A stretch of DNA of 63,561 nt, the filler included, from Piptocephalis cylindrospora (lineage: Eukaryota): assembly GCA_003614145.1 (NCBI GenBank). It is 16 parts of 16 records of this genome, joined end to end, with 100 filler letters (N's around TTAATTAATTAA, not from the genome) between each part and the next. Parts side by side here need not be neighbours in the genome. Positions count along the whole stretch, not along the records: positions 47,771 to 51,651 come from KZ988610.1; positions 51,752 to 55,626 come from KZ988611.1; positions 55,727 to 59,597 come from KZ988612.1; positions 59,698 to 63,561 come from KZ988613.1; 12 more parts are not named here. The stretch is one strand, 5' to 3'. The notes below the pieces were generated by a model. The model was given only the letters and a program-made list of their open reading frames with translations, was not told the origin of the DNA and ran no database searches. The first letter of the stretch is position 1. Each line of letters opens with the position of its first letter. This document shows, one piece after another, positions 47,671 to 61,377 of the stretch. Made by a program: the position numbers and the translations under genes.

Positions 47671-49220
47671 NNNNNNNNNNNNNNNNNNNNNNNNNNNNNN
47701 NNNNNNNNNNNNNNTTAATTAATTAANNNNNNNNNNNNNNNNNNNNNNNNNNNNNNNNNNNNNNNNNNNNCCTGAACGGGAACAGAGAGCAGTTTAGGGT
47801 AAGGTAGGGTGTCACCAGTCAAAATCAAAGTGAAGTGGAGGAGTGGGAGAGAGGGAGGGAGGGGAGACGCATGGGAAGAGGAGAGAGGGAGAAAATGAAA
47901 GTGGGAGTAGAAAAGAGTGGGTGAGGGGTGGGGGGGAGAGGAGGAAAGAACCAAAAGGAAGACAAGTAGCTCGAGGCCCGAGGAAGGAGGATGAGGAGGG
48001 GGCTTTGACGTACACACTGTGTGTGTATGTGTGTGTGCTCCTGGGCCTCTTTTGGGAAGTTTTTGAGGGGAGAACGAGGCGGTCTGGGCGGGGGCGTCCT
48101 TGGATGAGCAGTGAATGTGTGTGCATACCCCTCAGCCATCTGAAATGGGCATAAGATGATGGGGATCTGGATAGGTTAGGTTGGGGATAAGGCTGGGGCC
48201 AGCAGGAAAAAGGGCGTTCATGCTGTGCTGTGTGTTGCAGCCTTGTCCCAGCTGTGTGTGCGTGTGTGTGTGGGTTTGATGTGCGGACGGGCGAAAGAGG
48301 GGCCGAGAAAAAAAGGATGTGATGAGGGGAGGGGAGATTGACCGTGGGGGGGGGGGAAAGGCCATGAAGGCTGGTGACTGGTTAGGCCCATCTCTGTTTC
48401 TGCGTGTGTGGGAGAGGGAAAGAGATGTGAGGTGGAGGAGAGGGGAGGTACAGATTTGACAAGTGTGCGAGGAAAATGAGGTGCACACATCTCTAAAACA
48501 GCAGCACAGCAGCACACTGACACACACTGCAGCCCTCATAGAGGGGGCGTGAAGGCTAGTGGAGTCTACATAAAGGTGTCTGTTGTGTGTGGGTAAATCC
48601 ACCTTGACTCTTGCCGCGGGTTGTAGTAAGAGAGATCGGAGGGGCTCTCCTTGTCTGGGGACAGTAACAGTACTGCTTATGCACTTTTTCCTCTGACTCT
48701 ATTCAAAAATAAGATAAAATATACTTGTACCAACCCTACTTTTATCAGTGTGTCGTGATCAACATTTACACACACTACACACACTACACACACTACACAC
48801 ACACGCACACACGCACACACGCACACACGGCCATATGCACATGGCCCTTCATGATCAATGAATAAATGGCCCTTCAATCACCCTCATCCCTCATTACCAC
48901 CATCATCCATCAAGAAAGCATCCAAGGACTGAAGCATCCCATGCACATAGACCCCCTTTAGCCTTAGCCATGAAGGATCATATGACCATCCATGTGGATA
49001 GGATCGTCTCCCTTCTATATATATAAAAAAGATTATCTCAACTGGATAGTCTCTCATTCCTTTTGTTCAGAGCAATTAAACACTTCTATAAAAAAGAATC
49101 AGAATCTCCTCTTTTTCCATCTTCATCCCTCCATCCTCATCCCAATCACCTCCTCCATCCCTCTATCTCTCCATCTCAATCGCTTCCTCCATCCCTCTCT
49201 CTTTATCCACAACCTTCACA

Positions 49221-49427
49221 ATGTCCCTTCCAAGCCAGATCAATATGCCCATCCCCATGCTTGATCCTATCGAAAAGAACCTTTCTCCCACGATCAAGGA
49301 TGAGAACAGCATCAAGGAAGAGAAGGAGCAGTTGGACGCCCCCGCCCATGCTCCTCAGCCCATTAGCCTTCGTTCGTGTCCATGCGGCCCCTCCTGTCGA
49401 TGTGCTGGAAGTACGTGTCGGTGCTAA
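49221..49427 (+). CDS. Metallothionein-like peptide (68 aa)
   Basis: C-terminal CPCGPSCRCAGSTCRC (3 x CxC); TATA-rich tract ~49016-49030; ACAATG start context. Confidence 0.6.
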   Translation: MSLPSQINMPIPMLDPIEKNLSPTIKDENSIKEEKEQLDAPAHAPQPISLRSCPCGPSCRCAGSTCRC

Positions 49428-49651
49428 CTAACTTGGGCACATGCTATTCAGCCATCCGTAAGAGATCATGAGATACCTCCCCATCTCTCCCTTCCACAAA
49501 GGAAATATATCTTCTTTTTCGTTAACAACAGTCACATTCATTCATCGTCACTTCTCATCGTGTATATAAAAAATACTTTTATCCATAATCTATCCTACGC
49601 ATATCCCATAACATCCACCGCCCCTTTCATTCCCCCCAGCCCCACACACAT

Positions 49652-51651
49652 TTAAATAATCCGACATGCCTCATCCTTCCCGGGTCTCTTGCCACCTTGA
49701 GCCTCGACCCGTCGAGCAGCTCGACCACCCCCTCCCTTCTTGTTCATCTCGGTGAGTCGGGCCATGGCCCGCTTGTTGCCTTGAGCAGCGGCCCGAAGGT
49801 ACCAACGTCTGGCCTCTTCCAGATCGCCCTTGACTCCAATGCCCACCTCAGAGTAGTAGCCAACGGCGTACTCGGCCTTGGCAAGCCCCTTGTCTGCAGC
49901 CTTCCGGGCCCACAGGTAAGCTTCGGTATCGCTTTGAGCCAAAACCCCATCGCTTCCGGTGAGGTACCAACCCGACAGGGCCAGCTCACTCTCCGCATCC
50001 CCCTTCTCCGCCGCCCGTGTATACCACGCAATACTCCGACGTGGATCAACCGCACACGTCAGCGTCCCGTACTCGTAGCAACAGCCCATCTTGAACTGGG
50101 AGGGCGCATAACCCAGCTGAGCTGAGTGGGTAAAGAGCTCCCGGGCATACGCCTCATCCGGGATGATGGAGGGTACAATGTTACGTTCATAGCACAGGCC
50201 CAGCTCGTGCAGGGCGTGCGGGTTCTCCTCAGTAGCCTGAGCAGCGGCCCGCTTAAGCCAGGTAACGGCTTCCCGGGGATTCTTAGCCTGGCCCAGAAGC
50301 CCATTGAGAAGGATGACACCAAGCTTGTACATGGCTGCGGTATCCCCGAGAGTAGCGGCCTTGCGAAAGAACTGCACAGCCCGTCCGTGATCCCTCTTGG
50401 TTCCGGCCCCAAGCTCGTAGCACACGGCCGCCCGATAGGTGGCGGCCGAATGGCTCTGCTTACTAGCCTGGACGTAAAGGGAGAAGGCCTTGTCGTGGTC
50501 CCGGGACAGACCGAGGGTGGCATTACCATAGCAGTTGGCCAGGAAAAACTGTGCCTCAGGATAGGCCGTCTTGCCTAGACCCATGCCCTGGGTTGCCAAT
50601 TTCTTGACCCACTTGACCGCCTCGGCCAACATGGCATCCCGGGCCTTTTGGGCCCCACGGTTCCCGGGACCCGCCCCGGCGGAGGATCCTCCACCCTCCT
50701 CTCCATCCCCCTCAACCAGCGCTCCAGCTTCCTCCATGAGCCACTTGGCATAGTCCAACTGGGTCCGGGGATCCCCGGAGCGCTTGGCATTCTCCCGGTA
50801 CATCTCAATCCTTTGTCCCAGGGGTAAATCCTCGGTTCCGGGAATCACAGCCAGGTTCTTCTCCGTAGGATCGGACTCGGCCGTGTGCATGGCCATGGAG
50901 GAGGTCCCCATCATCGAGGGGGAGCCCATGCTGCTCACGCTCTGGCCCCCCATGCTGTGCATGCTCATCCGCGGGTCCATCCCAGGCCCACCAGGGTAAC
51001 CCTGGGGAGGGCCGGGATGATATGGCGCATTAGGCGGTCCACCGCCCCCTCCTCCCTGGGGAGAGGAAGCATGATAGGTCCCATCGAATCCTTGCTCCTG
51101 GCCATACTGACTCGATGGAGCATACTGGGAGGAAGCATACTGTGACGGAGTGTACTGCGATGGAGGGTACTGACCCGTCGGGGAGGATGGGGGATATCCG
51201 CCCTGTTGAGGGTATTGTTGCTGAGGATAATGATGATGTTGGGGATAGGCCTGCGGCTGCTGAGGAGGATAGCCCTGTTGCTGCTGTTGCGGAGGGTAGG
51301 AGAAGTGATGAGGCTGTTGTTGTTGAGGGTAATGTTGAGGCGGCTGCTGCTGGGAGGGGTGGGGGGGAAAATGAGAAGAGTTGCTCCTGGTAGGAGGCTC
51401 CACAGGGGAAACACCTTGACTTCCAGGGGGCGGGTAGATACTCGCAGAGGCGGCAGGGTCATAGGAAAGACCGCCTGGGGTAGATGGCCCGGGATGGGCT
51501 GGAGGGTAAGGGGAAGGTCCCTGTGAGGGATAAGAGCCATCGGAAGAGGAAGAGGAGGGAGCCTCGAACCCATCATCGGTATACTGCCGATCCGGAGGGG
51601 GGAGCTGAGGATGGGAGCCACCAGACGAGGTAGACGAATGGTCCGGGGTCA
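49652..51651 (-). CDS. SKT5: Chitin synthase activator Skt5/Chs4 (SEL1 repeats, CaaX end)
   Basis: SEL1 repeats (AQFFLANCYG, PRRSIAWYTRAA, ELALSGWYLTG), C-terminal CRII; reading frame open to contig end. Confidence 0.92.
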
Positions 51652-51758
51652 NNNNNNNNNNNNNNNNNNNNNNNNNNNNNNNNNNNNNNNNNNNNTTAAT
51701 TAATTAANNNNNNNNNNNNNNNNNNNNNNNNNNNNNNNNNNNNNNNNNNNNAAGTAAA

Positions 51759-53804
51759 ATGGAACAAGCCGATGATGCCCTCAAGGATCAGAACAAGAAG
51801 AATATGGAGGAAGGCTCTGATGATGAATCAGTCCAAGAGATGAACCACTCGGAGGGCATCATTCCAGTACCTCAAGACGATTCCGAATCAGAGGATAAGG
51901 CTTCTTTAGTAGATGAGATGGCCCAAAGGGATGCGATTTTTCAAGAATTTGACCATTCCAAGGAGATGGTCTCCTCTGCCTTTGAGTTAAACCATCCCGA
52001 AGAGCAAGAGGCCCCCTCCGCTTCCGAGTCTGGTAATCCCAAGGAAGAGGAAACCCCCATTATCTCCGAGCCAGCCCATCTCAAGAAGGATGATGCCTTC
52101 ATTGTCTCCGACACAGACCATCCCAAGGAAGAAGGGGCTTCTCTCTCTTCTAAAGAGGAAGAATTGACCGACAAGAAAGCTTCGCTTACCGATGAACTCG
52201 GACATGATGAGAAAATCTCCGCTAGAGATCTGAACGAAGCCGATTCTCCCACCTGCTCCTCCCCCTTTTCCATAACCTCTCCCAACTCTAGGACCTCTTC
52301 ATTGCCTCAATCCCCAGGCATGACCCCATCCGTGACAATTACCCCACCCAGAACCTCTTCCGCTCCTAGGGAGCCCGGGGAAATCGGTAGAGACTTTCAG
52401 CTGACCTGGGAAGGAGAACCTGGAAGGCTGATCCTCTCCCCTGAACGTCTCACCTTCCGTCCCATCAGCCCGGTTCAGGCCGCTGTCCATCCTTTTCTCT
52501 CCATCCCTTACGAGCTTATTTACGCTGTCTCTGTCTCCCCCAAGGATCCTGCGACCACCCTTATTCACACCATTCACCCCCGGAACTACAGCTTGTGCTC
52601 CTTCCGTATCACCGAGGTTGATCCCGCCTGGCTCATCCAATCCCTTCGTGCTCACCTCCCCCCTTCCCCGCCCTATGCCCACGTTTTCATCAACCCCTAT
52701 GCCGGGACGGGTGGAGGCCTTGAATTGTGGGAGGGTCTTGTCCGTCCCATGCTCCTCAATGCCCGTATCCCCCATGCTGTCACAGTTACCACCGGGCCGG
52801 GGAATGCCGAGTCTCTATCGGGATCCGTGGCCCTGGAAGAATCTAAGGATGCTGCCTCTCCTTCCGTTTCTTCCACTTCTTCGGAGAACTCATCCTCTTC
52901 CTTTTCCTCCTCGGCTTCCTCCTCCTTCCGTAAACCCACCGCCATTATTTGTATCGGCGGGGATGGCTTGGTGCACGAGGTAGTCAATGGCCTGGCCTCC
53001 CGGGGCACCCCACGTCCCGTGGTCCAGCTGTGTGTGGTGCCTGCTGGTACAGGCAACACCGTGGCCAACACTGTCATCTATCAGGAGGGTGATGGAGAAT
53101 CCATGGCCGCTGACATCAACGCTCGATCTCTCCGATCGCTCCTGGCATGCTTCCGATGCCAGCATATCCCCTTAGACCTCGCCACCGTTGCCCTCACCGA
53201 TGGCCGTATCCGTCGGGCCGTAGCCCTGGTCAACACCGGTTTCCACGCCGATGTCTCCTCCTCTTCCGACCGTCTTCGCTTCCTCGGGCCCTCTTCGAGA
53301 TCCCGCCTGGCCGGCGCTGTCCAATATCTCTTCCCGACCCGTGCCCTTGACGAGGCCCGTATCACTCTCCTGGGCGCCCGTCGTTGGAGTGCCTCTTATC
53401 GTGCCTTCTCGGCCATGGAACCAGTTGTCGAACTGGAGGATGGCCCCTTTGCTGATGTTCTCATCACCAACCATCCCGAACTCTCCAATGGCTACCGTAT
53501 TGCCCCGTTTGCCGATCCTTCCGATGGCTTCTGGGACCTCATTGTCATCCGAGGCGGACGGGCTCAGGTTCATGCCGTCCAGAGCGCTGCTTCCTCCCCC
53601 ACCCCCACTCACTTGGCCGATGGACTGGCCGAGTGCTGGCAAATTCAAGGACTTCATCTCCAAATCCCTCACCTGGGTGAATCCGTCCGGGTCGATGGGG
53701 AGCCCTTGATCTTGCCCCCGGCCGGCGATGATGGGGCCACGACCTGTGAACTCACTCTGCAAATTGCCAGAGATGAGCTGATCCGTCTGTGCAAGTCCAC
53801 CTAA
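51759..53804 (+). CDS. Sphingosine/diacylglycerol kinase-family lipid kinase with PH-like domain
   Basis: FINPYAGTG, IGGDGLVHEVVNGL, VPAGTGN, APFADPSDGFWDL, VDGE. Confidence 0.82.
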   Translation: MEQADDALKDQNKKNMEEGSDDESVQEMNHSEGIIPVPQDDSESEDKASLVDEMAQRDAIFQEFDHSKEMVSSAFELNHPEEQEAPSASESGNPKEEETPIISEPAHLKKDDAFIVSDTDHPKEEGASLSSKEEELTDKKASLTDELGHDEKISARDLNEADSPTCSSPFSITSPNSRTSSLPQSPGMTPSVTITPPRTSSAPREPGEIGRDFQLTWEGEPGRLILSPERLTFRPISPVQAAVHPFLSIPYELIYAVSVSPKDPATTLIHTIHPRNYSLCSFRITEVDPAWLIQSLRAHLPPSPPYAHVFINPYAGTGGGLELWEGLVRPMLLNARIPHAVTVTTGPGNAESLSGSVALEESKDAASPSVSSTSSENSSSSFSSSASSSFRKPTAIICIGGDGLVHEVVNGLASRGTPRPVVQLCVVPAGTGNTVANTVIYQEGDGESMAADINARSLRSLLACFRCQHIPLDLATVALTDGRIRRAVALVNTGFHADVSSSSDRLRFLGPSSRSRLAGAVQYLFPTRALDEARITLLGARRWSASYRAFSAMEPVVELEDGPFADVLITNHPELSNGYRIAPFADPSDGFWDLIVIRGGRAQVHAVQSAASSPTPTHLADGLAECWQIQGLHLQIPHLGESVRVDGEPLILPPAGDDGATTCELTLQIARDELIRLCKST

Positions 53805-54097
53805 GTGCCCTTCATTGGATGGGCAATGGATCCCCTGTGGGCACGTGTGTCTATGTTTATTTCATTGGTTTTCGGGAATGAAGGTGAATTTGGGCGGAAG
53901 GAGAGAGGTAGGGAATGAAATATTGTGTTTATTGCCTTGTTTGTTTTGGCTCCGACGAGGAGATGATGAGGGATGGAACCATACAGATCGGCGTCCCGTC
54001 GAGTACCCAATACACAACCACACCCCGATTGGCGCAGAGCAAAAGAACAAGCGCATCGTGGTGCGACATTGCAAGGTTCGGTTCAAGAAGAGTCAGA

Positions 54098-55565
54098 TCA
54101 GGGTCCGGTCATGGTTCTTCGATCCCGAGCACCCTCCCTTTCCTCTCCATACCCGCCCACAGACTCTCCCCATGCCTCAGAGCTCCCCGGATACGTGTCC
54201 AGTTCCTGGGCTGCTCCGGAATTAGAGAAGATCTCATCCGCCTCCCCACGCTCATCTAAGGAATCAGGCTCGACAGAGAACCGATCCCTCCACAGACCCT
54301 CTCGATCTCCATTACTCCCATCCAGGCTCTGAGGAGTCCCAGGGTCAAATTCGTCCTCAACCCCCCCATGACCTCCACTTCGTCCGATTCGGGGCACCCA
54401 GGCCCGATACCGACCTCCCGGACGAACCGGGCGGGCAAAGAAGGGCTTGAGCCACCGATCGTCAAACCCAAGAAACCAATGCGTATCATCCTTGGCAAAC
54501 CTGGCCAGGTCTCTTCGTTCCTCGGCTTCACTATCATCACTATCATCCCCATCCGCTTCCCCCTCCCCGACACCCGTACGGATCCCGAGAAGTTGGACGA
54601 CTCGGGTGGTTGTCCCACCAAACAGGAGGATGGAGAGTACGACGACCGACAGAATAGTTGTACGAGCGGCAGGCCCATCCGTCCCGGTGAAACTAAAGGC
54701 CAGAGCAAAAGCTACGGCACCACGCAACCCAGCCCAGAAGAGCATCATTTGGTGCGATGGTCTCATGGGGTCATGGGAGCGACGCATGACGTGCCGAGAT
54801 ACAAGGTTGATCAGAGCCGATAAGGGGAATACACTGGCGTATCTGGCCACGGTGATGATGATCTATCCGAGAAAATGAAAGGTTTAGTGGGGAGGGAGGC
54901 AGACTCACCATTTAATCCCCCTTCCCCTTACGGACTTACAAAAGTGGAAAAAATAAAGAAAAAAAGGTACTTGTTGTCCGTGGCCGTAAATAGGGTGAGA
55001 CCCAGGTAGATAAAGATAAAGTTCTCCGAAAGATGAGCTAGGACCTGGAACATGTACTTTGTAGTCCGCTTCGATTGCCTAGAAAGGTTATCGTAGGCGT
55101 AATGCTTCAGAGTCATTCCACAAAACAGAAGACTGACAATACCTAAAGGAGGAGAGGTGAGACCAGAGAGAGGAGGCACAGATAACATATGTCTCACTTA
55201 CCACTGAGATGAATGGCGTTCGGGAGGAGGTAGGTGGAGTAAGCAATGAGGATAACCATGCAAGATTCGATGGCTGGGTACAATCGAAGGTCCGTGTGCT
55301 TTAAAAGTAGAGCACATGCCAATCCCACAATGACACCTATGGCCAGAGAGCCGAAAAAGACTCCGCCAAACATGCCAAATCCACGCAGGACATTAGTCAG
55401 GTGAACTTCTTCCCCACTGAATTCCCGAAGAGTACTACCATACACAGAGAGGATGGGAGAGTGAGTATGGAGGGGGGATAGAGAGAGAAGGCAGTAAATC
55501 CGGAGAATAGCCACCTACGTGAATTAAATAATATCTACGGCATCATTCAACAGGCACTCCCCGCA
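54098..55565 (-). CDS. NHX1: Endosomal Na+/H+ exchanger Nhx1; 5' truncated, multi-exon
   Basis: SGIVSLLFCGMTLKHYAYDN, LSENFIFIYLGL, WAGLRGAVAFALA. Confidence 0.92.
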
Positions 55566-55795
55566 GCTGACGTCACAGAATTTTGTATAGAACGGGGAGT
55601 AGCACCAGTTGGCAATAAGGGATACANNNNNNNNNNNNNNNNNNNNNNNNNNNNNNNNNNNNNNNNNNNNTTAATTAATTAANNNNNNNNNNNNNNNNNN
55701 NNNNNNNNNNNNNNNNNNNNNNNNNNTGTTCTGATCCAAAGCGCGGATCCCCTCTTTGAGGTCTAAGAGGGATTTGTTGATTTCGGCCCCCTCCA

Positions 55796-58736
<2,941 letters not shown>

Positions 58737-58994
58737 GGATGGTTGTTGGGGGGAGAGTAAATGTCGTGTGGTTTGAATATGAGATGTGGGACATGGGTAT
58801 GGATAGGAATGATGTGTATGAAAGGTCATTGAAGGTCGTGTTTGATGAAGAGAGAGAATGGTGAATAAAAAGGCTGTGGTTATGCTCTCCTCCCCTCTCT
58901 CTCACTCTCTATCTATATATCTATCCATCTCCTTTCAGTAATGTAATCATTACAGTAGATAAACTAGTCAACTAGACGGACATGGTCCCCGATC

Positions 58995-59270
58995 TCACTG
59001 AGCAATTGCTTGATTGGCCTTGGTCAGCAAGACGGTGGCAGAAGGAAATTTGAGACGACGGGGCGGGCCTAAAGTACGACCAGACCATACCGGAACAAGA
59101 GAAGTCTCCTTGGTAAAGGAGATGTCAAAGGCCTTGGATCGGGGCTTGGTGGGATTGATGAGGAAGGAGGCATTGGGATACCCGGTTAATAGGGCCTCCT
59201 TGGCCTCGGCAGCCCTCCTGCCATACGTCGTGCAGCTCTTGCAGTGTTCTATGGTAAAGACAATTTTGGC
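58995..59270 (-). CDS. Selenoprotein H homolog, Cys-type (CKSC), thioredoxin-like domain
   Basis: TIEHCKSCTTYGRRA..NPTKPRSKAFDI..VWSGRTLGPPRRLKFP matches the SelH consensus from memory; redox codon TGC. Confidence 0.88.
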   Translation of the reverse strand, partial: AKIVFTIEHCKSCTTYGRRAAEAKEALLTGYPNASFLINPTKPRSKAFDISFTKETSLVPVWSGRTLGPPRRLKFPSATVLLTKANQAIAQ

Positions 59271-59525
59271 CAAAGCTCTCCTCAACATCCAGGGACACGA
59301 CTTCTCGTCAGCCCCTACGATCCTCGTCGCGTCTACGGGCCAAAGCTGTTGCTACTCCCGTCCAGGCTCCCTCTGCCAAGGCCAAGACTGTCAATACCAA
59401 AGCCAGGGCTACCACTATCGAGGCCAAGGCTACTACCACCGAGGCCAAGGCCACATCTCCGGATACGAGCCTGACCGAAGAAGACACAGAGATAAAACTC
59501 CCCATTTCCAGGGCCAAAATTGTCT
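59270..59525 (+). other. Probable inverted 5' half of the SelH gene (Lys/Ala/Thr-rich N-terminus)
   Basis: Plus frame from 59270 reads PKLSSTSR...IKLPISRAKIV; its end GGCCAAAATTGTCT is identical to the minus-strand start of the SelH domain (AKIVFT). Confidence 0.7.
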
Positions 59526-61377
59526 GACCATAGGCAAAACATGTAGCCTTTCCCCCCAGGTCGTCCTCCTCCTCCATCTCCCAATCCTCCCGATTTCNNN
59601 NNNNNNNNNNNNNNNNNNNNNNNNNNNNNNNNNNNNNNNNNTTAATTAATTAANNNNNNNNNNNNNNNNNNNNNNNNNNNNNNNNNNNNNNNNNNNNTCT
59701 GTGTGTTTCTTACATTCGTGCACAGGTCTTCATCAAGGGGGGGGGAAGGGGGTCCGAGATATGGCTACAACGGGACCTGTAGGAGGTTGGTTGCTCTCTG
59801 TGCTGCTCTCTCCCCTCACCATCGCGCCTCTCTCCAGATCTCTCCTCCGATCGCCCGATATTCCCGACCGCGATGGGGGGTGGCAGATGAGACGATCCGT
59901 GCCCCTTTATCAATGTGCACGAGACATGTCATGCCAGCATGCAGCTGAGGGGGGTCCCTCTCACACGTCTCCCCCTCAAACCGCCTCCTATTCCTCTGGG
60001 GAGATGAATCATGGTGGTGTCGTGAGGAGGGTCAGAGGACCATTCGCCAAGGTGAAACCCCTCATCCTCTCTACGACTTGAGTGCTGGGGCTGCATGACG
60101 ATGGTGAGATGGGATGGACAGAGAGACCAGATGAAGCACAGGAAAAAGGGTGATATTGGGGCTGATCCGTGTTGTTCACAGGGACATGGGACAGACACAG
60201 ATACAGATACACAGACACACACACATCCCCCATTCTCTTAGTAAAAGGTTCAAATGCGTCCCCATCGTCTCTGCAAGATAAGATTATACTTGTTCCATTC
60301 TCACATTCAGCCTACCTTGGAGACGCAATGCTCCCCCATCCCGCCGTCCTAAGAGACAGACACGCATTCCATCCAGATACCCATGTCCCCCATACACTGG
60401 AGGGGGATGGGTGGGGTGGTACGATCAACCGTCTCAACTTCTTGGGGGATGTGAAAAGGAGAGAGACCTTACCTATCACAGATCCTGTTTCTCTCGAGTG
60501 CCAAGTGTACGCACCCCCTTCTTTGTCTCGCTTTGCTACGGAAAAGCGCCGGTCCTACTCTCCCACCCGTCTCACATCAATGCACATGTGTTACTCGATA
60601 AGGTGAGAGGGAAGAGGGTCAAGAGATTGTGTGGTGGAGAGCGCTGATCCCCCACCCACGTTCCTCCTTCTCTTCCCCCCCTATGCTGGGGAGGCTAGAC
60701 GAGAGGGGGGAAGGAAGGTGGGCAATGTCTCTCCAGGCTCTGCGCATCCCTCCTCTCCCTCCCCCCTCACTCCGTTCATCCTAGTGAGAGTGGATAGGGC
60801 CAGGATCATCTCTCTGGTCCATTTAGCACCCAATGTTCTTCCCCCCCCCCTCGCCCACCCCCGCCCCCTCCCACTTGATCCTACACGCCCAGCGACGATG
60901 CACCAACCACCATGCACCAACCACCATGCATCTCCTTCTCCTCCTCCTTCCCTTGACTATGGCGGTCCATCTTCATACCATGAGCCAGCCGCATTGCTCG
61001 AACCTGTGTCACCTTGTGGATAATCCCGCGCAGATTTGTCTCCCGTCGACCATCCATCAAAAGGATACTTGAACGTGGACCATTCTTCTCTCTTCATCCT
61101 TCGTTCTCCTTCTCCTTTCCTCTGCCCTCCCCACATCATCATTATCTCCTTCCCTCTCTACTCTATCATTTCTTTTTGATTTTCCTTGGCTATAAGCAAT
61201 CCCTATCCACTGTGCCATCTGCTACGATCCTCTACCTTGCATTGATCTTCCCCTCTCCTCCTCTCTCCCCCTCCCCCCCCCCCCCCCCCCCCCCCCCCAC
61301 CCCCCCCCCCCCCCCTCCCCCCCCCTCTCTCTTTTCTTCCCCTCCGCTCCCCCCCCCCCCCCACGCCAAACGCGCAC

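Noticed and set aside
55515..55626. In-frame stop and odd residues (GECLLNDAVDII*) in NHX1 as pseudogenisation or recoding
   Set aside because: Located in low-quality contig-end sequence; the downstream exons are intact
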